A DNA stretch of 64,000 nt from Laetmonice hystrix. Taxonomy: Eukaryota. The DNA lies in assembly GCA_965235115.1 (NCBI GenBank), contig OZ249441.1, positions 7,998,001-8,062,000 on the forward strand, read 5' to 3'. This document shows, piece after piece, positions 11,401 to 23,100 of the stretch (its first letter is position 1; every line of letters begins with the position of its first letter). The position numbers and the translations under genes are program-made. The notes below the pieces were generated by a model that saw only the letters and a program-made list of their open reading frames with translations, was not told the DNA's origin and ran no database searches.

Positions 11401-14400
11401 GGCCTACCTCCTTTACAAACGCTGTATTTCCCCCGGGATAGGCCTACCTCCTTCATAAACGTTGTATTTCCCCAGAGATAGGCCTACCTCCTTTACAAAC
11501 GCTGTATTTCCCCCGGGATAGGCCTACCTCCTTCACAAACGTTGTATTTCCCCAGGGATAGGCCTACCTCCTTCACAAACGTTGTATTTCCCCCGGGATA
11601 GGCCTACCTCCTTCACAAACGTTGTATTTCCCCAGGGATAGGCCTACCTCCTTTACAAACGCTGTATTTCCCCAGGGATAGGCCTACCTCCTTCACAAAC
11701 GTTGTATTTCCCCCGGGATAGGCCTACCTCCTTCACAAACGTATTTCCCCAGGGATAGGCCTACCTCCTTCACAAACGTTGTATTTCCCCAGGGATAGGC
11801 CTACCTCCTTCACAAACGTTGTATTTCCCCAGGGATAGGCCTACCTCCTTCACAAACGTTGTATTTCCCCAGGGATACCTCCTACACATACCAAACTGGA
11901 ACTGGGACAAGGTCAACGGCGATGACGTCATCTGTATATCAGAGATGAAGCTTGGCCTCTTGGCTCAGAATTGCCTAGCTCCAGGAGTATGTACACTGAT
12001 GGCTAACCTATTCACCATGAGATCCTTCAAGGTAGGCTCTATATCCCTAATTGATGTGCGTAAGCGACTCAAGCTTAGAGCTTGAGCAGTAATCTTCGAC
12101 TCAAGCTTAGGCAATCAGCGAGTATCTCTCATTTCAATGATTTCAAAATGCAGACATGGGATGTTAGGTTAGATAAGGTCTTAGACTACATAAATCAATA
12201 AATATATACCCGCAGAAATGGAGAAATCTAACGAAATTCAACATTCAAGATGCCTGACTTAAACAGCCAATGAAATTCATCGATGAACCGATGGCAAACG
12301 CCGGGAGAAAGCCTGGCACCGGCCGGGCTCCTACCTGCATTGATACCGGCCAGTACAAAATTCTTTTTTTTGCCTGTGGCAGTCAGTTAAACATCTTCAA
12401 CAATATTGCCTCAAATCTTCCACCTTCGAGCGCTCAATATCTTCTAACTTGAAAGTTTCTCCGTCGATCTTAAAATTCACTTCTGCCATCTTGCTTGCTT
12501 ATTCAGGCGTGCCAGCGGTGACCACGTGGGTTTGTTTGGGTTCCAAAACCCTAATCCCACAATGCACCGCGCGTGGCGAGATACCAAAATGGCTGATTGA
12601 TTTATGTTGTCTAAGGCCGTATGTAACCTAACGGCCCATGTCAGCATGTTGGAGTCATTGAAATAAGAGATACTCGCTGATTGCTATAATCTCCGACTTA
12701 ATATCCACCAATATCCGGGTCCAGGCCTTGCGACATTCACAGGCCTGGTAAAGCTTCGGCAGAGTGTGGGGTGTCTAGAGTTTAGCCTTTCGAGGCTTGC
12801 TTTTCAAAGGAGAGTTTAGCTTCACTAGTCATTTGAATGCATTTCCTTAAAAAATAATTCAAATCATGAAATGCTTAACTATATCCTCGATGTCACCCCA
12901 TTATATAATACATAAAGCATGTATTATTAATTTTCAGATAAGGAACACCCGGTTATGGCAAGACCTATATCGGTGTGTGGTAGGCAATGGTTAGATATTA
13001 TCATAGAAAATGTATGGTTTCAGATAGGAAACACCAGGTCGTGGCAGGATCTGTACCGGTACGGAGCAGGCAATGAAATCTACGCTGAGGAATTCGCGCC
13101 TGCCTTCGTTGGAATGACGTTCATCCAAGCAGCCGAGTAGGTCGAGTGCCAAGCGTCCCTTTTTTTGAAGAAATGGCAAAAGTTATTGGTAGGCTAGGCG
13201 TAAATGTTTTGAGAAACATCACAATTTCTATCTCCAGATGCCGGGAAACCTTCTAAATTCATTACGATTTCACGTTCTTAAATTGCCCGACCAATCATGC
13301 GATGGCTGCGCCGTCCCTGGCCCGTTGTCTACCGTGTGGGTAACTAAGGTCATCTTACGGTGAAAAGAAGGTTAAGCTATTGTAAAGTAAAAGGGACCTC
13401 TTGTCTATAGCGGGTCTCCACGGCGCATGCTTGTATACCCAAAGGTGACTCCACAGTCACCCTTGTCAAAGCAAGAACCCGACAAAGCTTGTCTAACATG
13501 ATACGGTGTATACCCCGGTGTAGGCTGCCACGGCTCGTCTGGCATGAAATCGTTGAAAGTCGTGTGTGGGAGGTCGTCTGTATATGAGAGGTTATCTATT
13601 TGGGAGGTCTGAGTTGAACGTCGGAGGTAATTAATTAGAAGGCTACCAAATGATATTGAACTTCTCATTGCGGCTCGGATACCAGTGAGAAACATGAACA
13701 AGAGTTCAATAACCGGGTTGGACCGTCCGACTGGCGGCGGACAGTCTATCGCTTGGTTGTCGGGCCTGTAATTTTTGGTCCGTTGCCGGCAGAACGGTCC
13801 GACGCGCTTATTGAAACATCCCCCAGGTCACCTCTCTCCGTGTGTCTCTCCCTCTCTGTCTCTGTCTGAGTGTCTCTCTCTGTCTCTGTTTGTCTGTCTG
13901 TCTCTCTCTCCCTCTCTCTCTCTGTCTGTCTCTCTATCTCTCTCTCAGCCTCACAAATATATATCTGTTTCCTGCAGTGTATTCTCTGTTTTACAGAATA
14001 TGTTTTACGGAGTTCAACGTTCTCCTGCTAGGAGTCGCTGGAGGAAAGAATACGCGATCGAAACTTCGCATCAATCCATTAAAAATGACTCTAGGAGTTC
14101 AAACTACAGGATTTTTCATTGCTCAATCTCCGTCACAGGTCAAAAGGTAAATCAGAAGTTATGTTACCCACGGTAAACTTTTCATGATTTCATCGCTATA
14201 GAGGGTAGCGTTGGGACATGGCCAGGAAGAGCGGTAGGTTTCTGTGTCTTGCCTTCAAACTTTGTTCCGATGTTATCGCTGGCATATTGCGAATAAACAC
14301 AATCTAAAGGGCCTGATCTACTGGCCCGGCCGGGTGGCCGTTTTAGGCATTTTACCGTTAGGATTGACCGTAAAATAAAAAATCACGAATACATGATTTT

Positions 14401-17083
14401 ATGTTTTCGGTGAGATGCATTCTTGATTTTTGTCCACCACGTCCAACCATAGCAAAATCGGCCGGCCATCCGGGCCCGTGGATCAGGCCCGTAAGTCGCT
14501 GTTCCTGTCTGTGGCGCCCTCAATTAATGTATCTCTATCCAAGTTTCATGCGACGTTTAGTAGAATACGTCCTCTAACAGATAGTTGATGCTGTCATGTT
14601 GTATTAATCGCTTCTATAGCCGGACCACCGTTAGGTACATGAAAGGGAGTTGTTTACATTGAAGTACGGAGATAGATGACGCAGTGTGACGTTAGCGGTG
14701 GTGTTAGGGGGCCATGGTTGAAAGGTTAGGCTCGGGAGGTGACGGATACCTCCCCCTGAGCTCATGGAGAAACGGACCACCGACTGTCACGATCCATTAA
14801 CCAGCATAGCCCAAATTCTAAACAAAAGACCAGCAGCCAGTTTTTGTGTGAAACATAGAATCAGGCCCGGCACAACCGCCAAGTGGGTTATCACAACCCG
14901 CACAAAAAAAGGATGTATATAAAACCTTTTAGTCAGGCAGTTTAATTGTTTAAATCTGCACAATAAAAGGGGATTGATAAGGCCCTCTTATTAATCCTAA
15001 AGGAGAGCCTCCTGACAAAATATCGCATGTCTATGCTGTTGCCCTAATGTCCTCTTCAAGATTATGTTAGAGTTATAGGCTATGCGACCGCTCTCAACAT
15101 AATACGGTATACTTGTCTGTTTTCGCAGAGTTACAAAATACAAGTTAGGGACAAAGCCGGTGCCCCCAGCGTACCCGTGTATGGTCAAACAGTCAATCAG
15201 CGACACAGGGCAGTGTAAGTTATCCACCCATTGGACACCTTTAATTATATCTCTACTTTCCACGAGTCTCATCCTGTTTGAATACTAAAAGTCCTGGTTT
15301 CGGAAGAGGAAACCTATGGTTATCCAGATCGTTTGACGAAAGATCTTGGCATACATGTCGTCATGTGAAGAATCTTATTGTCTCACATTGTGAGAACCCT
15401 TGTTGTCATAGTCACCGTTAGATGAGAACCCTTGCTGCCATAGTAACTGTTTGATGAGAACTCTTGCTGCCATAGTAACCGTTTGATGAGAACCCTTGCT
15501 GCCATAGTAACCGTTTGATGAGAACCCTTGCTGCCATAGTAACTGTTTGATGAGAACCCTTGCTGCCATAGTAACTGTTTGATGAGAACCCTTGCTGCCA
15601 TAGTAACTGTTTGATGAGAACCCTTGCTGCCATAGTAACTGTTTGATGAGAACCCTTGCTGCCATAGTAACTGTTTGATGAAGCCTTCGATGTCAAAGGG
15701 ACTGTTTGATAAGAACCGTTGTTGCCATAGTAACTGTTTGATGAAACCTTCGATGTCAAAGGGACTATTTGATAAGAACCGTTGTTGCCATAGTAACTGT
15801 TTGATGAAACCTTCGATGTCAATGGGACTATTTGATAAGAACCGTTGTTGCCATAGTAACTGATTCCGTGGTTGCCCTCAGCCCTCCAGGACGGTACCCC
15901 TATGACCTGCTTGGCGTCGGGCGAGCAACGGGAGGACGCAGACCACTACGCCCAGTACCTGGAGGAGGTCGGATACAGGCTGGCGTCCCATAAGTAAGTA
16001 AGACTTTGCTCCTCTCACGCTGGAGGACAGTGTTGGGACTAGGGTCCGAAAAAGAAAGAAATGGCAGGACAAACAACTGGATCCAAAAGCAGAGACTGAC
16101 TAGTCAAGACTTGCCCCTCCCTGTCGAGTAGATTGAATCACTTTTTCAATTTGTCGCTTGCCAGATTATTCTCACATCATACATTCTTGTAGACTTTTGC
16201 TGATCTGCTCTTTCATAGGCCTACTGCATTGATATGTGCATCGCATGTTGACAGCATGCGATTATTACTACCAGGTTATTCGCCACAGTTGCAAGCAATA
16301 TATAGGTGTCAGTTTAAATCCCGCAGGTGATCATTTTTTAATCGATCCTTCGGTAGTCGTTCTGTGTAGCATGCGTGGTGAACATCAAGCAAACATTTTT
16401 CTTTGCTTTATTGACCTGAAGGGCAGCGGTGTCGGGCGTATCTAGTAGCAATGCTGCATATATGGTCGGAGGCCCATTCTTTGACCACCAAATAACGCAC
16501 GCGGAGTGACATGCTGATCTGAAAATCATTTCCCAGCCGTATTTTAGTACAAAAATGCCTCCTCCAATGGGATTTCTCCTTCGGGTGACGTCACGGTTGT
16601 GGAACGCAGCGTTGAAACAGTAAATCTCAAGGGTAAACTAGAGAAGGGTGTCATGTGGGCTTAGCGTTCGAGGAACGCAAGGAGCGGATAGAACCCCTGT
16701 CTGATGAGCTCGGTAGAATGTTAATCATGCGTGACGAAATGCCAGTGTTGTAGAACCATGTCGAACACCACCGTCCGAACGTCGGGCTCATAGGTAAGGT
16801 ATGGCTTCCATGGTGGCTTATTAATGTCCGTACCTTAAAACGTACATCACATCATGTACGCTAAACTGTATGTATATCCCAGGAAACAGGTATACAATGC
16901 TGTTACCATGGCGATAAAATACCCTTTAAATCCGGGCGGTTGGTGTTGGTCAAAGTTTACACCAGGGTCACTAACATTAAAACATTTTACAACTTGTAGA
17001 AACCAGATCAAAGGTTACGTAATAGGTGTGCTCAACTTGAGTACATTCAGAATAATCTGATCGGTTCCACGGTGTCCTCTGTG

Positions 17084-17125
<42 letters not shown>

Positions 17126-20100
17126 CACCCCTCGCTCTCTCTCTCTATCTCTCTCCTCTCGCTCTCTCTCTATCTCTCTCTATCTCTCTGCATGGACAAG
17201 TATGACACCAGGTTTCTCGCCAGCTCTACATGAGGGCATTACGCTTCTCGCCAGCTCTACATGAGGGCATTACGCTTCTCGCCAGCTCTACATGAGGGCA
17301 TTACGCTCTCCAGATGAAAATATCTCATTTAAACAGAACCCATCAGAATTTTAAGACTCACGGTTTAAAGTCTACATGAGGAACTTTTTTCTCTATGATA
17401 AGATACAATTATAATTTGTAATACATTATTGGCCGGATGTAAAGACGTCTAGTTAGTCTCGAGATTAACCCAATCCCTGGATTTACGTCTATTCCCAGTT
17501 GCCAGAAAATCAGAAATTTTCTAGTCTTTTCCCTTTTTTGGAGACTGACCTTATTTCGCTGGCCAAGCACAATAGAATTCAGTTAAACATGACTACCAAA
17601 CGAACCCAACCTTAAATCTCGGCTAGAAAGTTTAAGGAAAGTTAAGCCATTCCTGGGATTATATCACGGCCATATATCACTCTCTCCAAATGTGACTTCA
17701 TGGACCATTAGGATTTGGCGGTCTTCGAATCTAACTTAGGTGCCCATTGGTTACTAGGCTTATCTTACCTGCTGGTGAGAACCCTGAATGCTTATTGCTA
17801 AAGCTAACCCTCGTAAGACACTCACCTGCTACCTGACCTTTAACCTAACACTGCCGGCTTCTATTGCAGTATCACTACATCAGATGGCGAGCGGACGACG
17901 GTAATTATGTGCCACCTGGTGGCAAAAGTCGTAACTTTGTGGTGTCCGCGTCCCTTCGACCTTTGTGGCCTTGTTTATCTTTATTCTAATCCCGCATGTT
18001 TACAATAACCCATTCTTAATACAGAGGTATGTGTGACACATCTTTCTCACTGATAAACTCAACACTAATCGTTTGTTGTCTTCATTATTCTGATTTCGTT
18101 GTTGTTTTTTTTGTTGTTGGTTTTTTAAAGAAATGGTTGATAGCATGTGTTTTGGGGGTATTTTGTTATATTTATGAGTTCGTTTCGGACTGCCCTTTTG
18201 GAATCTGTTGAACAGATAATCTTCAAGCACAGAAATATTTAATACCATGAGATTTTACAATTGCATGGACATAACTGATTTACCTTGATGAGTAAAGTGC
18301 CGTAAGTCCATGATTGTAAGGTTATAGCAGGATCAAGAAGTCAATAGGGGCTTCCTAATGGCCACTGATGTCTCTGAGATTTGAATGATATCACGAATAC
18401 CAGTAATTTTCAGTCAAAACAAAATCAACCTTTTTATTGTTTCTAACTCCCATTGTGAAACAACAATCTGGTAAAACATACTGCCGGTCCGAGGCAGGCC
18501 CAGCTGTGTGACAAAGATCGACCATATATCATTCCCCTGCCTATTCTCATCAAAAGGCCCAAGAAGGGAGAGAAGAAACGGTTAGGTTCGACAGATAAGT
18601 TTGGCCGGTCGATGAGCGACGAGAGCTCGGAGGGGTACGACACGACAGGAACGTTTCACAGTCGGCCAGCCCGGAGACTGGACGACTGCGTGCTGGTAGG
18701 TCTTACTGTCCCAATCATCATGAACGTGCGCACGCTCTGGGTTTATGGGTCCACAGTGGGATCATTCGTGCAGGGATTACATTGTGCAAGGATGTAATAC
18801 CTGAAACAGTGGGGTGTTAATTCTGTCACTGGTAAGTTTCGATTCGCTGGAGATTTCTGCACCTGTCTTCCTCATGTGCAGCTGACATAAAGACATATAG
18901 AAAGTAGCCTCTCACATAGGCCGTGTGTACGGCCTATCGTCTAGCGAACGGGCTATGAGAACAAACGTTCAACCCGCAGAATAAATGTGCACCCGCACCT
19001 CTTCCATCACTTCAAATAAAAGATTGCCTTTACCTTCAACTACTGAGCCTAATGAACTTACTTGGTGTTCCTCTAAGCAACAGATTCGGCCCATTTTCCA
19101 AACCAAGCGACCACTTTCCATAGTCTTACAACCGGCGCCATTTTTTTAAACCCACATCCGGGGTCAATGTCACGAAGGGAGCAGTCATTTCAGACGTTGG
19201 CTATTAGTTTGGCGCCATAATGGAGGAATTGCTGTTTGGTCTAGAATGATGAATGCTCCCCTGCTGGTCGCCAGTGCGCATGTTTTGAACATGCGCAGTA
19301 GAACAAACAGTATGGCGGCTAACGGCAGTGAACCAGCGCGATTCGGAATTTCGAAAGTCTGATTTATTAAAACTTTGGGCAAAAATCCTCGGAAAAGTGT
19401 GCAGCAGAGGAACAGAAGATGGGCTGCGTTAGAATTGACACCTCAACTAGCAGTAGTTACGATGGATTTTGCACGAGTGATTAACATAGGAGGTAGGGTT
19501 TTTCGCGTTAGCGCCGTCCGTCCCTACTGGGACGATACTCCGTCTAATAGAAAGAAACATACACATCAAACGAGTAATGCCCGATTTCCACCGGACGCGA
19601 GCGAGCGATTTGTTTTGGCGCGCGCGTGCGCGTCAAAGGTAGAAATCGTTAAAGTGATTGCAGTAATTTCCACCCGGCGCGTGCGCCTAGCCAACTTCTT
19701 CTAGAGTGACCCTATTCCCTCGAGCAGAGGTCCGTTCGATTACCTGACCGACTTATGCCAGGGACCTATAGGTAGGGCTGGTCCAATTGGCTTGTGCGTC
19801 TCGTGGTATAATCGGGAACTAATTACCGAGTACGGAGGTACGTCAAAGTCAAAGCCATATGCTGGCTTACAACAATGAACCTTATTGGTTGACTGATTAG
19901 CAAGTATTAAAACTGTCCGCAGGTCGTCAGAAAAACATGCTCGCCTAGAGGTTAAAATTGAAGTTTAGGCGAGTAATTATTTGCTCGCCTGGCATTTTCA
20001 AAGGACAAGGCTCCATTGGTTAGGAGCCTAATGAATCGTTTCCCCTTAAAACCATATTATGACGAGGTTGAACCAAGCCCTGCATACTTTCCATACCACA

Positions 20101-23100
20101 GGACGTTGACGAAGTGGTCCGGAAAGATTTCAAGGGTCACGTGGTGCTATGTCTGCTGGCCGATCACAACTCTCCTCTCATAGGGCTCATTAACTTCATC
20201 ATGCCACTCCGGATGGCCAACATCCGGCGGGCTAACCTCAAGGACGTCGTCATCATGTCTGACCTTGGCTTCGTTATGAAGGAGTGGTCAGCCATCAACA
20301 CCTTTCCCGGCCTCTACGTCTTCCCGGTGAGTCCGCTGCCCCCTATCATAATTTGTTGGGGCATTATTTTATGTCACACTGGCCCAAAATGTCATGGCAA
20401 CTAGGGTGGCGTTTTTGTATCTTTACCGATGTCGTAAATCACTACACTGGCCTTGACGAGAGTTATCAAACATAGAGCGATGCCTCCATATTGAATTATC
20501 CGGTAGACGTTGATGTGTGACGTCATGAGTGTCACGAGTTCCGGTTTAACAGGGTAACCCCGCTCATCGGTCGGACCTGCGGGCACTGTCCCTGGAGAAG
20601 TGTTCCATGTGTGTCGTACTGTCCGCCAAGAAACACATCGTCGTCGACACGACCATGTTGGATAAGGAATCCATCCTCACTGCGCTCAACGTCAAGGGAA
20701 TGTTCAGTGACGACGTGGAGAAAAAAATTAAATCCATTGGCAGTACGTCGTCGCTTATGCAAAAAAAGAGTTTCGTTTCTTGTCCTTTCATATAAAAAAA
20801 TTGGTGTTGTGACGCGGTTTTTTTTCATCTTCTTTTTTTTTTGGATGCAACTAGACAACGGCCGATTCCTCGAATGCAATTGCTGTTGGGTACATGAAGA
20901 AGTCTTGATGAAAAGACTAAATGCACTGATGCTAAATGTTTTCATTAAAGAATGTGTAAAACTCACATAAAAAGCAATAAGACTAACAGAAAAACGCCAA
21001 CGCCAAAGAACCGTTGCTACGTTCTGTCACAGCGCTACACTGCCCACCATATAAAGCAGTCGGATTTGAAAAAAAAAACTTTACGCGGGTTTTTTTAGGT
21101 GACGCGCGCGGGGACAAGAAACGAATCCATTTTTTTGCCTTACGATTGAATGAAATTAGTCAAATACCGCTAAAAACTATAGCTTCGGCCAATATTAATA
21201 CAGAGAACACTTGGGGGGGGACTAGTCTTACTAGAGTAGTCGAACATCTTTGGGCCAATGCCCTCAACACCAGAAAATTTTAAACGTGAACGACCATAAC
21301 TTGCCATTCCTGATCTACTGTGCTGTTATTTTCCAGTCCTAGACAATTATCAAAACTTTCAGCAACACCTGGAATCCATGAAGGACATTCCACTGACGGT
21401 GGATCTCGGTAGGTAAAAACATCGCTGCTTCTGGCGTACTTCTTAGATTATTTTGTTAATCATTTGATTGTAATTACGATGTATTTACCTTGACATGATT
21501 TACTTTTAAATTAACTGTATTTCGTGTCATATCGATGGTGATAATCGTTCGGCCGTCATTATTAAGTAGGCCTACATACCGTTATTGTCGTGGTCACGTG
21601 ACTTGTTGTGACGTCACAGAGTTTGACGAGAACGTAGCGTTCCTAGACCAGGATGACGACGACGATCCGGAAGTTCCTCTCTATATGACTCAGCCGTACG
21701 CCAGCGGTAGCACGTTTGCCGCGAGCTCACTCGACTCCTTACTCAGTGCCGTCAGTAGCATTCCTTCATTCCTACCATGAACCCAAATAAAAAATGACCA
21801 CCCCTTACCATTTTAGTCTTTCTGGGTAATTCTTCTTACCTATGCACGTTTACGAGGACACAGAGGTGGTCTTTGAGTGTTAGACCGACATGTACATTTG
21901 TAAGATTAAATGTAGACACGCCACCCCTATAACATTATGCACGGCAATTGTTCCTGGTATAGTGCCTAATTAATCTTTTTATTGCCCCGTACCAGAGGAC
22001 TCTATGTTTGTGGTTCTGATTGGACCTTTTTATTGACCCGTACCAGAGGACTCTATGTTTGTGGTTCTGATTCGACCTTTTTATTGACCCGTACCAGACG
22101 TACCAGAGCAGTCAGATACTGACCGTTGTGAGGGCACTAACCACGGGTGGAGAGACGGCTGAGATCGAACAGATCCTCTCGGAGGCCCTCGGCATTGTCC
22201 GGAAGATGCCCGAGTCGGGCGCCCGCCGTGACCAATCACATTTATCCCTCCTATCCCTCGACGAATGCCCCCTGGCCAGTCTAAAGGTAACTAGAGGCAG
22301 GCTCTGTCGCCACCCTCCGTTTTAAGATGTTTACCAGCTTCGTAATAGTTCGTCTACAACGCTTATCTACGGTGGCCGATTAGTGCCAACGACGAATACA
22401 AATTCAAAACGACGAATACAAAAGCAAAACGACAAATACAAAAGCAAAACGACAAATACAAATTCAAAACGACGAATACAAAAGCAAAACGACAAATACA
22501 AAAGCAAAAACGACAAATACAAATTCAAAACGAAGAATACAAATTCAAAACGACAAATACAAAAGCAAAAACGATGAATACAAATCCCTCTCACACCACA
22601 AACAACAACTTGGCGTGAAGCACGTTTACAAAAAGGATATCCATGTTCCGGGCCGAGAGTCGACCAGGACGAGTCTAAGTGTAAATGTGGGACAGGGGTG
22701 AGCTGAGGTGATATCTACCGAGGCCTGCTATGGAATACCTGAAGGGAAATTCTTCGACTTCCAGCTCGACCTACATACATTTACTGAGACACCGACCATA
22801 ACTTCGACTTCGACTTCGACGTAAACTTCGACTTCGAGTTGGGAGGCACATTCTCAAACTCGTTCCAAAGGCAACCTTTTTAGCGTGTTTGGGCTTTGGC
22901 GTGGCTCCTCCGTCCATGCAGTGGCGGATCCAACGGGCCAGGCGCGGATTTAGGGGGGTCATTGTCGGGGGGGGGGAGAGGGCGGGGGCGTTGCCGGGAC
23001 GGGGCGGGGGCACCGGGCGGGGGCACCGACCCCCGCACCGGTGTGACTAATTACCGAAATCTACCGAAATCTACCGGAATTCAGAAACCCCATGACTAAT

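Noticed and set aside
16548-16792. Possible extra Slo linker exons ([13 protein letters not shown]..., [13 protein letters not shown])
   Set aside because: Their phases (0 to 1) do not fit the phase-2 junction between 15993 and 18557, and they have no homology support; cDNA is needed.
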